From the NCBI GenBank assembly GCA_963422365.1, contig OY729426.1:1184001-1248000 (forward strand): DNA of 64,000 bases, given 5' to 3'. Positions within the stretch are counted from its first letter, which is position 1; the number at the start of each line of letters is the position of its first letter. The position numbers and the translations under genes were made by a program. A model generated the notes under the pieces. The model saw only the letters and a list, made by a program, of their open reading frames with translations. It made no database searches and was not told the origin of the DNA. Of the stretch, positions 30,652 through 40,547 are shown one piece after another. The stretch is from Nitrospirales bacterium. Its GTDB lineage: Bacteria > Nitrospirota > Nitrospiria > Nitrospirales > UBA8639.

Positions 30652-31563
30652 GTGCTGACCGTGTCGAACCATCATGATTTGAAAACGGCTCTCTTGGGGA
30701 TCCGGGGAGAGGTCGTGTTTGATGCGCCGTTGGCAGAATTGACCTCGCTTCGCATTGGGGGCCCCGCCGATGTGGTGGTCAATCCGGAAGACGTCCATGA
30801 TCTGTGTCAGATCGTTCGTCAATCGTATGTGGCTCAGGTGCCTATCATGGCGTTGGGGGGGACGAACCTGTTGGTGCAAGACGGTGGCATTCGAGGCGTG
30901 GTCTTGAGTTTATCCAAATTGGCAGCCATTGAAAAAGAAGACGACCAACTCGTGTTCGCCGAAGCCGGCGTGCGGATGCCGACCCTGCTGGGGTTTGCCG
31001 TGCATCATGCCTTGTCAGGGATCGAATGGGCAGCCGGCATCCCTGGGACCGTCGGCGGCGCGGTTGTGATGAACGCCGGGACCAAGCTGGGAGAAATGAA
31101 ACACTGTGTCGACGCCATTCAAATGGTGAATCCCGAGGGCCGATTAATCACCTATCCTGCGGAGGACCTCTCTTTTGCCTATCGTTCCGTCAGCCTGCCT
31201 AAAGGCATTGTGGTGGGGGTATGGCTTCGTTTTATCTCAGCCTCCAGAGACAACATCAAGTCCCGCACCAAGTCCTATTTGCAGTATCGAAAACAATCGC
31301 AACCCCTCTCTCAACCCAATGCCGGATCGGTGTTTAAAAATCCCCAGGGGACAACGGCGGGACGACTCATTGAAGAAGTCGGCCTGAAAGGTTGCCGAGT
31401 GGGTGACGCGCAAGTGTCGACGAAACATGCCAATTTTATCGTCAATCTCGGACATGCACGCTCCACGGATGTGCTGCGGCTCATAGAGACGATCCAACAA
31501 GAAGTCTTGCGCCGAACGGGCATCAGGTTGGAGTTGGAATGGAAAGTGGTGGGAGAGGACTAA
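30652..31563 (+). CDS. murB: UDP-N-acetylenolpyruvoylglucosamine reductase
   Basis: RIGGPA, GIPGTVGGAVVMNAG, GSVFKNP, HANFIVN; start uncertain. Confidence 0.95.
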   Translation: MLTVSNHHDLKTALLGIRGEVVFDAPLAELTSLRIGGPADVVVNPEDVHDLCQIVRQSYVAQVPIMALGGTNLLVQDGGIRGVVLSLSKLAAIEKEDDQLVFAEAGVRMPTLLGFAVHHALSGIEWAAGIPGTVGGAVVMNAGTKLGEMKHCVDAIQMVNPEGRLITYPAEDLSFAYRSVSLPKGIVVGVWLRFISASRDNIKSRTKSYLQYRKQSQPLSQPNAGSVFKNPQGTTAGRLIEEVGLKGCRVGDAQVSTKHANFIVNLGHARSTDVLRLIETIQQEVLRRTGIRLELEWKVVGED

Positions 31564-31599
31564 CCGGTATCCGAAGCATGCAGATACCCTGAAGGGCCT

Positions 31600-32559
31600 A
31601 TGCCATTAACTTCAGCTCACATCGGAGTACTCATGGGAGGGCGGTCGGCGGAACGTGAGATTTCCTTAAAGACCGGACAGGCGGTGTATGCCGCGTTGAT
31701 TCGAAAAGGGTATGGCGCGACACGCATTGATGTCGACGCCTCATTGCCGTTCAAGCTACGGGCGCGCAACGTTCAGCTAGCCTTCCTTGCCCTGCATGGT
31801 CGGGGCGGAGAGGATGGAACGGTGCAGGGCCTCTTGGAGGTCATGGGTCTTCCTTATACCGGCTCAGGAGTCCAAACGAGCGCAATGGGCATGAATAAAC
31901 CGGTGACCAAGGCGATCGTTCAGATGCATGGCGTTCCCATTGCCCCCGGTGTGGTTATGCAGCGGGCCGGCAAGAGGGCCATGCCGACGCAATTTTCATG
32001 GCCCTTGGTGGTCAAACCCGCTAACGAGGGATCCACGGTGGGCGCGTCGATCGTGCGAAAACCCTCGCAGTGGAAGCGCGCACTGCAGCAGGCCTTTGAA
32101 CACGATCATGAAGTGCTCGTGGAATCGTTTATCGATGGTCGTGAAATTGCCGTGTCCGTGTTGGACGGCGAGGCCTTGCCTCCGATCGAAATTGTCGCGC
32201 CCGGTGCGTTTTATGATTATGCAGCCAAATATGAGAAAACCGAGACGCGTTATGTCTGCCCGTCCCCCTTGACAAAGCCCCAAGAGCAACGGGTGAAAGC
32301 GTTGGCGGTTCGAGCTTACCAAGTGATGGGCTGTGCCGGTGCCGCCAGAATTGATTTCCGGCTCACTCAACACGGCAGGCCTATTTTTTTAGAAATCAAT
32401 ACGATCCCCGGAATGACTCCAAGGAGCTTGTTGCCCATGTCCGCAGTCCAGGCCGGCATTGATTATGGCTCTCTGACAGAACGTATTCTACAGTCCGCGA
32501 TCACGCGGCAATCGAGTTGGGCGATAAGGACAACCAAGGTGAGGCGAGGGCGATCATGA
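31600..32559 (+). CDS. ddl: D-alanine--D-alanine ligase
   Basis: GGRSAEREIS, LHGRGGEDG, YDYAAKY, EINTIPGMT. Confidence 0.97.
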   Translation: MPLTSAHIGVLMGGRSAEREISLKTGQAVYAALIRKGYGATRIDVDASLPFKLRARNVQLAFLALHGRGGEDGTVQGLLEVMGLPYTGSGVQTSAMGMNKPVTKAIVQMHGVPIAPGVVMQRAGKRAMPTQFSWPLVVKPANEGSTVGASIVRKPSQWKRALQQAFEHDHEVLVESFIDGREIAVSVLDGEALPPIEIVAPGAFYDYAAKYEKTETRYVCPSPLTKPQEQRVKALAVRAYQVMGCAGAARIDFRLTQHGRPIFLEINTIPGMTPRSLLPMSAVQAGIDYGSLTERILQSAITRQSSWAIRTTKVRRGRS

Positions 32560-33323
32560 GTCACGGGAACCGATCACTTCGGCAGACACCATCCTCGCAC
32601 AGGCGATGCCGCCGGATTGTTCGAGTGGGGCGGCTCGGCATCTTGGTGACCCTCTGCGTGATGGGCTATCAGTGGCTTCCATCAGCTGTAGCTGGCTTGA
32701 TGCCGATTCAGCGTGTGTCCATTTCCGGGACCGATCGAATCGATCGTCGAGTCATTCTATCGCTGTTGGATTTACCCGAGGATCGTTCGTTGCTTTCGGT
32801 GGATCTCTTAGGACTAGGAAAGAAAGTGGAAGCCTATCCTTGGGTCGCTTCCGCGTCAGTGGGACGAGTCCTTCCTCACACCCTGACGGTGATCGTGAGA
32901 GAGCGTAAGCCGGCAGGGTTGGTTCAACACGCAGGGGGGAAATTGCTTTTAGACCAAGAGGGAGTGGTGGTGTCTCTTGCGCCCGACGGGTCGACGGGAA
33001 CTTTGCCGACCCTCGTAGGGCTTGCCGCGGTAAAATTTTTGGGAGGAGACCGCGCGGTACAAGATCGGGCTCGGAGGGGACTCCACTTCGCCGAGCACCT
33101 GCAGCGTCACGTTGGCCTCACCGTAACGGTGGATTTGAGTGATGCGCGGTTCATGGTCGGGAAAACCGACAGGCTGGTGTTTTGGGTGAAGAACGAATTC
33201 CAACACATGTGGCAGCAGTATCTCACTCTGGAGCCATCTCTGCAGGAACGTCTTCATCAGGGACCTCAAGAGATTGATTTACGGTTTGCCGGCCAAGTAA
33301 TTGTTCGGAAGAAAGGTGATTAA
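32556..33323 (+). CDS. ftsQ: Cell division protein FtsQ/DivIB
   Basis: TM, POTRA-like PWV...PHTL..IVRER, IDLRF; between ddl and ftsA. Confidence 0.85.
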   Translation: MSHGNRSLRQTPSSHRRCRRIVRVGRLGILVTLCVMGYQWLPSAVAGLMPIQRVSISGTDRIDRRVILSLLDLPEDRSLLSVDLLGLGKKVEAYPWVASASVGRVLPHTLTVIVRERKPAGLVQHAGGKLLLDQEGVVVSLAPDGSTGTLPTLVGLAAVKFLGGDRAVQDRARRGLHFAEHLQRHVGLTVTVDLSDARFMVGKTDRLVFWVKNEFQHMWQQYLTLEPSLQERLHQGPQEIDLRFAGQVIVRKKGD

Positions 33324-33328
33324 GTCTC

Positions 33329-34570
33329 ATGGCCCCCAAAGAGCATATCGTTGTCGGGCTTGATATTGGAACAACCAAAATTTGCGCCATAATGGGGCAG
33401 GTGACGCCTGATCAGGGAGTCGACATCATTGGTGTGGGCTCGAGTCCATCTCGGGGGCTTCGAAAAGGCGGCGTCGTGAATATTGAAAGCACCGTGGAGT
33501 CGATTAAAAAGGCGGTGAAGGAAGCAGGGAAGATGGCATCAGTCCCAATCGACTCGGTCTACATCGGCATTGCTGGCAGTCATATTTCCAGTGAGCAGGG
33601 AAAGGGCATGGTGGTGCTCAGGCGAGGTGAAGTCTTTCGAGCCGATGTGTATCGAGCTCTTGAGATGGCTAGGGCAGCGGCTGTGGTGCCATCTGATCGA
33701 CGCGTGCTGCATGTGCTGCCTCGAGAGTTTATCGTGGATGACCAAGAAGGCATTCAAGATCCGGTCGGCATTTCCGGCAGAAGGTTGGAGGTTAAGGTGC
33801 ATATCGTCACTGGCGCGGTGACCTCGGCTAAGAATCTTATAAATTGCGTCAATCTAGCAGGGCTCAATGTGGTCGATTTTATCTTACAGCCGTTGGCCTC
33901 AAGTGAAGCCGTTCTCACGAACGAAGAAAAAGAGGTGGGTGTTGCCATGGTCGATCTCGGGGGTGGGACATCCGATTTGGCCATTTTTTCCGATGGGACG
34001 ATTTGTCATTCGGCCGTGTTACCGGTAGGCGGTCAGCATATTACGACTGACCTGCAAATTGGGTTGCGTACGTCGCTCGCCGATGCAGAAAACATCAAGG
34101 TGCGTTATGGCGCAGCGCTTGACAACATGGTGAAAAATACGGAAATCGTGAAGGTCCCGAGTCTCGGTGGCCGTTCCCCGCATCCCATGAGCAGGCGGGA
34201 AATTGCCGAGATTATCCAAGCGCGGGTGGAGGAAATTTTTGAATTGGTCCTGCAAGAAATTCGTCAATCAGGCTATAAGAACAAACTGGCCGCAGGAGTG
34301 GTCATCACCGGGGGCACTTCGATGTTGAAAGGTATGCAGGATGCAGCCGAACTTGTGCTGGATCTGCCGGGGAGACTCGGCGTACCGTTCGGCGTGGGTG
34401 AATTGCGAGATAAAGTGAGCGAGCCGGTGTTTTCCACGGGGGTGGGTCTGGTTTTGCACGCGCATCGAATGGACCAGGAATTCGAGACCGTTGGTGGGGG
34501 AAGGAAAATCAGGAATGAGTTAGACAGTATGTTCGGTCGGATGAAGGACTGGGCCGTAAATTTTTTCTAA
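33329..34570 (+). CDS. ftsA: Cell division protein FtsA
   Basis: GLDIGTTK, DLGGGT, VITGG, C-terminal amphipathic helix. Confidence 0.97.
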   Translation: MAPKEHIVVGLDIGTTKICAIMGQVTPDQGVDIIGVGSSPSRGLRKGGVVNIESTVESIKKAVKEAGKMASVPIDSVYIGIAGSHISSEQGKGMVVLRRGEVFRADVYRALEMARAAAVVPSDRRVLHVLPREFIVDDQEGIQDPVGISGRRLEVKVHIVTGAVTSAKNLINCVNLAGLNVVDFILQPLASSEAVLTNEEKEVGVAMVDLGGGTSDLAIFSDGTICHSAVLPVGGQHITTDLQIGLRTSLADAENIKVRYGAALDNMVKNTEIVKVPSLGGRSPHPMSRREIAEIIQARVEEIFELVLQEIRQSGYKNKLAAGVVITGGTSMLKGMQDAAELVLDLPGRLGVPFGVGELRDKVSEPVFSTGVGLVLHAHRMDQEFETVGGGRKIRNELDSMFGRMKDWAVNFF

Positions 34571-34755
34571 GGGTCTGGTGTAGAAAGCAAAAATTTTCAG
34601 ACACCACAGCGCAACACCCTCACCGGTCAAGAGGAAGGGAGAAGGTGGCAATGGCCTCTCCCACACGGTCGATTGTGCAATCCATGCAGGGTGCGCCGTT
34701 GCCTCTTTCAGGGATAGAGGACGTGGAGTTTGGGTTTCATAGAAAGGAGGCGTGT

Positions 34756-34824
34756 CATGTTTGCATTTCAAGAGGAAGAGATTTCCCCCATGTTTGCATT
34801 TCAAGAGGAAGAGATTTCCCCCAT
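34756..34824 (+). repeat. Exact 33-nt tandem duplication of the ftsZ start
   Basis: ATGTTTGCATTTCAAGAGGAAGAGATTTCCCCC occurs at 34757 and 34790. Confidence 0.97.
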
Positions 34825-35893
34825 TCGGATTAAGGTTATTGGGATTGGTGGAGCAGGGTGCAATGCGGTCAATACCATGGTTGCCGCTGGTCTCACACGA
34901 GTTGAGTTTGTGGTTGCGAATACGGATCTTCAATCGTTAAGTAAATCATTTGCCCAGCACAGGATTCAGTTAGGCCCGGAGCAAACAAAAGGACTCGGGG
35001 CTGGCGCGAATCCCAAAGTGGGGAAGGCTGCCGCTCGTGAAAGTGAAACGGAGATCCGTGAAGCCTTGGAAGGTGTGGATATGGTGTTCGTCACTGCGGG
35101 CATGGGCGGTGGGACGGGAACGGGTGGAGCGCCCATTGTGGCTGGAATTGCCAGAGAGTTGGGGATCTTGACGGTGGGCGTGGTGACAAAACCGTTTCAG
35201 CATGAAGCCCCTCGTCGGATGGCCTACGCCGAGGAGGGCTTGCGGGAACTCCGACGTCATGTGGATTCGTTGCTCGTTATCCCCAATCAGACACTGCTCA
35301 CCTTGGTGGAGAAAAACACGCCGGTGTTGGAGGCGTTCAAAGTTGCCGATGATGTCTTGCGGCAGGCTGTTAAGGGCATTACCGATGTCATCACCACTCC
35401 CGGCCTCGTGAACGTAGATTTTGCCGACGTGAAAACGGTCATGTCCTACAAGGGGAGAGCGGTGATGGGGATGGGCGTGGCCAAAGGGATGAATCGCGCG
35501 ATGGAAGCGGCCAAGAAAGCGATTAACAGCCCGTTGTTGGAAGAGAGCAGTATCGAGGGGGCCCAAGGGCTGCTGTTGAATATCAGCGGTGGCAGGGATC
35601 TGTCCTTACATGAAGTCGACGAAGCGTCAACCATTGCGAAAGAACCCGCGGATCCTCAAGCCAATGTTATCGTCGGGTACGTGCTCGATCCCGAATTGAA
35701 AGACGAGGTCGTTGTCACGGTGATCGCGACCGGGTCCAGGGCCCGGATGCCTTCCGAGGATGGTTCCTTTGACGACTTGGATCGTCCGGCTTTTCTACGA
35801 CAAAGGAAATCGGATTCTCGAGTCGAACAGGGTAATTTGTTGTTGGATGAAGATTGGGAAGTCCCCACTTTTTTGCGAAGGCGAGGGACTTGA
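34757..35893 (+). CDS. ftsZ: Cell division protein FtsZ
   Basis: GGGTGTG tubulin signature, NVDFADV T7 loop, AAGGAGG RBS before ATG 34757. Confidence 0.98.
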   Translation: MFAFQEEEISPMFAFQEEEISPIRIKVIGIGGAGCNAVNTMVAAGLTRVEFVVANTDLQSLSKSFAQHRIQLGPEQTKGLGAGANPKVGKAAARESETEIREALEGVDMVFVTAGMGGGTGTGGAPIVAGIARELGILTVGVVTKPFQHEAPRRMAYAEEGLRELRRHVDSLLVIPNQTLLTLVEKNTPVLEAFKVADDVLRQAVKGITDVITTPGLVNVDFADVKTVMSYKGRAVMGMGVAKGMNRAMEAAKKAINSPLLEESSIEGAQGLLLNISGGRDLSLHEVDEASTIAKEPADPQANVIVGYVLDPELKDEVVVTVIATGSRARMPSEDGSFDDLDRPAFLRQRKSDSRVEQGNLLLDEDWEVPTFLRRRGT

Positions 35894-35922
35894 CGAGTTG
35901 ATACAAAAGGAGGGCATGAAGA

Positions 35923-36729
35923 ATGATGCTTGTTGCAGAGGGGGCCACACATTCTCCAAAAATGATGCTTCCACTTACGAGTTCCTCCTTCGGGAGGATG
36001 ACGCAAGGCATTGTGCATTTCTTCGGTACGCGATATGGGCCACAGTATGGAGGAGTGAATGGTGAACAGGGGACAGTGAAGGCCGGAGACCCTGGCTACC
36101 CCTTGGTGGTTTCTGTCTCCCAGGTGCACGGTACGGATGTGTTGAGCATCGATCGTCCCCTGAAAGTAGGTGAACGATTTTTTGATGGCTATGACGCCAT
36201 TCTCACCAATCAACCCGAAACGTTATTAACCATCCAAACCGCTGACTGTGTTCCCGTGTTGCTTGTGGATTCCCCGCGTGGAGTGGTTGGGGTCGTGCAT
36301 GCGGGCTGGCGTGGGGCGGTGCATGGCATTGTGGCGAAGAGTGTTCAGAAAATGGCGGAACGGTTTGGTGCTGACCTTGCTTCCCTTCATGTGGCGATTG
36401 GGCCGTCAGCCGGCCCCTGTTGCTATGAAGTCGATACGCCGGTGCTTGAACAGTTGGCGCCGGATTTGCCGAATGCCTCGACCATCCTTAAACGAACCAG
36501 TCCCCGGACCGGCCAGTTAGATTTAAAAGAACTGATTCGGTGGCAAGCCGTGTCTCTCGGTATCGCCGAGGATCATCTTCATACCGTGGACATCTGCACC
36601 ATGTGTCGCTCAGATTTGTTTTTCTCCTATCGCCGGGAGGGAACAGTACATGGGAGTATGGTCAGCGGAATTATGTTGAGGTCAGCACGTTTCCGGGGAT
36701 CCTGCTTTCAAGGACGGACCGTTGAATGA
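35923..36729 (+). CDS. pgeF: YfiH/PgeF family protein
   Basis: QVHG, TADCVPV, HAGWRG, FFSYRR; start uncertain. Confidence 0.93.
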   Translation: MMLVAEGATHSPKMMLPLTSSSFGRMTQGIVHFFGTRYGPQYGGVNGEQGTVKAGDPGYPLVVSVSQVHGTDVLSIDRPLKVGERFFDGYDAILTNQPETLLTIQTADCVPVLLVDSPRGVVGVVHAGWRGAVHGIVAKSVQKMAERFGADLASLHVAIGPSAGPCCYEVDTPVLEQLAPDLPNASTILKRTSPRTGQLDLKELIRWQAVSLGIAEDHLHTVDICTMCRSDLFFSYRREGTVHGSMVSGIMLRSARFRGSCFQGRTVE

Positions 36730-37435
36730 TCTATCGACGAAGATCCAGGCAACGCGTGATCGAATCCGGCGCGCTGCTGAACGTGTGGGACGGGATTCAC
36801 AGAGCGTGCGCTTGGTCGCCGCGACCAAATACGTTACGGCGCCTCGAGTCATGGAAGCCATCCGAGCGGGCCTTACCATCTGTGGAGAAAGCCGGTGGCA
36901 GGAAGCGCGAGTCAAGATGCAGACGGTGGGTCAACATGGGGGCGTAGAGTGGCACTTTATCGGGCGACTCCAGCGACGAAAACTCAAGTGGTTGGTGGGA
37001 CGATTTGGCTTAATTCATTCCGTTGAATCAGTCGAACAGGCTGAGGAGATTCAACGCCGGGCACAGGAACAACACACGTCCCAAGCCATCCTGCTTGAAG
37101 TGAATGTCGGAGGAGAAGAATCCAAGGGGGGCATCTCACCCGACGAACTGCAAGCGGCCGTCTCGGTAGTCGATTCATTCTCGCATGTTTCCGTGCAAGG
37201 GTTAATGACACTTCCCCCTTGGAATCCAGACGCCGACATGATGCGGCCGTATTTTCAACACCTCAAATATTTAGCGGACCAAATCAAAACGATGCCGCTG
37301 AAGAACATCCATATGCACGAACTCTCCATGGGCATGTCCCATGACTTTGAAGTTGCGGTGGAGGAAGGCGCGACGTTGGTTCGCGTCGGCACCGCGCTAT
37401 TTGGAACTCGACGACAGCCTACGATTTCTGAATGA
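36722..37435 (+). CDS. yggS: PLP homeostasis protein YggS
   Basis: LVAATK, WHFIG, GLMTL, LSMGMSHDF, RVGTALFG. Confidence 0.95.
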   Translation: MNDLSTKIQATRDRIRRAAERVGRDSQSVRLVAATKYVTAPRVMEAIRAGLTICGESRWQEARVKMQTVGQHGGVEWHFIGRLQRRKLKWLVGRFGLIHSVESVEQAEEIQRRAQEQHTSQAILLEVNVGGEESKGGISPDELQAAVSVVDSFSHVSVQGLMTLPPWNPDADMMRPYFQHLKYLADQIKTMPLKNIHMHELSMGMSHDFEVAVEEGATLVRVGTALFGTRRQPTISE

Positions 37436-37541
37436 CCCGTCGAAAAGACACTTCACCGGCAAGCACCGGTCAAGCAAGACGCGCCTGCCGCCGGGGAGAG
37501 CAGACCGCGAAAAAACACGCGCGTCATGAAGAGAGGGAACC

Positions 37542-37838
37542 ATGTTTGTCGCAGGTAATCTGTTGCAGGGTTTGGCCTATGTTTTAGATACGGTCCTGTT
37601 TTTGTATATGTGGCTTATTCTTATCCGCGCCCTGATTTCGTGGGTGAATCCTGATCCGTGGAATCCGATCGTTCAGTTCCTCGCAAGGGCGACCGACCCC
37701 GTCCTGATCGTCATCCGACGGAGGGTGGGCTTACTCGGAGGCCTCGATGTCTCGCCCGTCTTGGCGATTTTGCTGATCATGTTTTTGCAATATGCCGTGG
37801 TGCAAACCATTCAGGATATTGGCGTCAGGTTGAATTGA
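37542..37838 (+). CDS. yggT: YggT family membrane protein
   Basis: ISWVNPDPWNPIV...TDP...LDVSP. Confidence 0.93.
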   Translation: MFVAGNLLQGLAYVLDTVLFLYMWLILIRALISWVNPDPWNPIVQFLARATDPVLIVIRRRVGLLGGLDVSPVLAILLIMFLQYAVVQTIQDIGVRLN

Positions 37839-37921
37839 CACTGGAGACAGGCATCATGGAGAGCACTCCCTCATGACGATGTCTATCGTATGACGCTTCC
37901 ACGGAACACGGTCCGACGGCT

Positions 37922-39100
37922 GTGCGTCGAGAAGACCAATCCTTCCACCCAGACGACTCGACGCTGTATCCGTTGACTGAGGCCCTCATGGGTTCCATCC
38001 TCCACGCCTTTCAACAGGCCGTCGACGAAAAGGTCTTCCCAGGGGCAGTGGCCTTGGTGCGATCTCGTGGAACAGTCGTGTTTCATGAAGCCGTTGGGAA
38101 CCGAGGAACCCCACCCGATGACCAACCGGTCTGCCGAGAGTCGATCTATGACTTGGCTTCTTTAACCAAACCCTTGGCCACGACCACTGCGATGTTGTGT
38201 TTGGTCCAGGACGGTCGACTGCACTTGGACCAGTCCGTGTCCCAATGTGTGGAAGAACTGCAGGGGAGTCCATTTGCCAATGTCGTGCTTCAGCAACTGC
38301 TCTCGCACAGTGCAGGGTTGCCAGCCTGGAGGCCTTATTATGAACTGTTGTCGCCTTCAGGAGTCCCGCCTCACAATGAAAAAGAACGACAACGACGAGT
38401 GCACATTTTGTTAAACGCTCTAGCACAGGAATCAGTCGCCTATCAGCCGGGCAGGCAAAGCCTGTACAGCGATGTGGGGTTTATGCTGCTTGGCGTGATT
38501 ATCGAACGGTGCGCGGGGATGTCCTTGGCTGCCTATTGCCGACAGAGAATCTATGAGCCCTTAGGCGTTTCGTCTTTGGCCTTTATCGGTCCTGACGAAG
38601 CAGGAACGGCGTTGAAGGACCCGTCGGAAATCGTTCCCACGGAATGGGATGTCTGGAGAAACCGTCTGCTGTGCGGAGAAGTGCATGATGAAAATGCCTA
38701 TGCGTTGGGAGGCAGCGCCGGGCACGCCGGGCTGTTTGGAACGGCTCAAGCCGTCGGTCAGCTTTCAGCCGTATGGCTGCAGGCCGTAAAAGGCCAAGAC
38801 GGATTGTTGAGCGCTGCTCTTGCGAAACGGTTTACCCATCGTCAATCTCATATCTCTCAGTCCAGTTGGGGGTTGGGATGGGATACCCCGTCTGCCCCCT
38901 CATCTTCAGGCGCGCGGTTTTCATCGCAGGCGTTTGGGCATGTGGGATTTACAGGAACGTCTCTCTGGATCGATCCATCCTGTGAGCTTGAGGTGATTAT
39001 TGTGTCTAATCGGGTGCATCCTACTCGGACAAATACGGCCATCAAGACATTTCGGCCACAGCTTCATGATGCGATCTATCAGGAATGGGGTGGGGGGTGA
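37922..39100 (+). CDS. Serine hydrolase, beta-lactamase class C-like family
   Basis: DLASLTK (SxxK), LLSHSAG, YSD, VHDENA, GHVGFTGT; start uncertain. Confidence 0.9.
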   Translation: MRREDQSFHPDDSTLYPLTEALMGSILHAFQQAVDEKVFPGAVALVRSRGTVVFHEAVGNRGTPPDDQPVCRESIYDLASLTKPLATTTAMLCLVQDGRLHLDQSVSQCVEELQGSPFANVVLQQLLSHSAGLPAWRPYYELLSPSGVPPHNEKERQRRVHILLNALAQESVAYQPGRQSLYSDVGFMLLGVIIERCAGMSLAAYCRQRIYEPLGVSSLAFIGPDEAGTALKDPSEIVPTEWDVWRNRLLCGEVHDENAYALGGSAGHAGLFGTAQAVGQLSAVWLQAVKGQDGLLSAALAKRFTHRQSHISQSSWGLGWDTPSAPSSSGARFSSQAFGHVGFTGTSLWIDPSCELEVIIVSNRVHPTRTNTAIKTFRPQLHDAIYQEWGGG

Positions 39101-39145
39101 AGTGTCGGAGAACGATAAGCACGAAACGTTCGAATGGGAAGCAGG

Positions 39146-39460
39146 TCAGGCAGGATACTCAACCCAGGACTCTTTTTCTGCGAGATATTTCTGTCCCTTA
39201 AAATTCAACCGCGTCCGCATTTGCGTAAAGCCTAAGTGCTGAAGTTTGTCCACAATGTCCTTGATGGCCCCACCCACGGTCTGGTCAATCCCGCTTTCCG
39301 TCACTAACGCTTCATACATCATACTGGCCGTATAGCCACGGTTCACATGCTTGACCACTACAACGCGGTTGAAAGATCGAGCGCTGGGGTCGGTGCCCTC
39401 CAACTGGTGTTTCTCTACGATCACGTTGCGCAACCGAAATGACAGCGGCAAGGTACTCAT
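39146..39460 (-). CDS. Hypothetical protein (104 aa)
   Basis: Compact ORF MSTLPLSFRLRN...ESWVEYPA with AAGGGA RBS, convergent on the hydrolase. Confidence 0.65.
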   Translation of the reverse strand: MSTLPLSFRLRNVIVEKHQLEGTDPSARSFNRVVVVKHVNRGYTASMMYEALVTESGIDQTVGGAIKDIVDKLQHLGFTQMRTRLNFKGQKYLAEKESWVEYPA

Positions 39461-39578
39461 ACAGATTGATCCCTTAAGGCGTCCGTTTATCGTAAACGAC
39501 GGTAGGGCGAGTTGCGAAGCCCTGCCGTCGAGGGTCCCCTGGTTTTCTCGCCGAAAAATTGACACGGTGCAAGTGATC

Positions 39579-40130
39579 TCATGGCAATGAGAGTGACTTA
39601 GATAATGAAGCTGCTATTTCTTGCGCGGCTTCGGCAAGGCCCTTCCGCATTGTTCGATCTGCTATTGACCCTGCTTGGCCTCCCCAGCCATTTTGCCAAC
39701 TAACTCCAGCGATTATTCTGCCGCTATGCGTGCTTGATGCGCGTGCGCTCGCATTTTGAATCTGGCCATCATACGAACCTGCACCCTTAATGGTCAGGTA
39801 CGCATCAATGCCCTTGTCCTGTAGCTTTTTTAACCCTTGAGGTGTGGCGATCTCAAGTTCATCCATATTGAGGCGAACCAGCAATTTCGATGTTGATGCG
39901 GAGTCAATGATTGTGTAGCCAAAGTTCGACAGCTCAATGCCCACAGCTTCAGCAAGTAAGCCACCTTCAGAAGCCATTGCAATTGCGCGCACAGGATGTG
40001 TCTCCGCGGACGCAATTGGTAAATTCGACACTTTAGATGAAGCCCATGCCGCGAACGTAGTCACAAAGATTATAGAGCAAGTGAGAGCGCTCATAGCGCC
40101 TGTTCTGTCTTGTATTGCATTCAAATACAT
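39579..40130 (-). CDS. Hypothetical exported or lipoprotein-like protein
   Basis: 183-aa ORF with hydrophobic N-terminus and globular remainder, in the AT-richer islet. Confidence 0.6.
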   Translation of the reverse strand: MYLNAIQDRTGAMSALTCSIIFVTTFAAWASSKVSNLPIASAETHPVRAIAMASEGGLLAEAVGIELSNFGYTIIDSASTSKLLVRLNMDELEIATPQGLKKLQDKGIDAYLTIKGAGSYDGQIQNASARASSTHSGRIIAGVSWQNGWGGQAGSIADRTMRKGLAEAAQEIAASLSKSLSLP

Positions 40131-40547
40131 ATCGCCGTAGGCCTCGACATGAGCGTCGAGTCAGGGAGGATACTCCCATTTAGTGTCAATGTCAGTATTT
40201 TTCTCCAGGTTGAGAAGCGATCGTTGGGCAAACCCGCACTGGCGTAGGATGTTTAGCTGGACATGAACTTTCCTCTCAAGGGAGAAGAGAGAAATTGCAG
40301 GAGGTTCCCTCGGACCCTACAACTTTCGAAAGACTAAACATATGCCCCTCAAAAACTGTTCATTGCACCAAACGGGCTGCTTTGGTTCCATGGGTAATCT
40401 TGCTAACCCACTCGGCATCTATGAGAACGTTCGACACCGTAATTTATCCGGTTCAGAACCTTACACTGCTCGCTGGAACAGTGATTTTTTTGTGAGGATA
40501 AGCGGACGGTAGCCTAAGCGTTAGAATACCATAAGGAAGGAAAGGAT

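Noticed and set aside
40225..40262. c-di-GMP-I riboswitch starting GGGCAAACCC
   Set aside because: No GAAA tetraloop stem or GACGCAAAGC segment; the match is too degenerate
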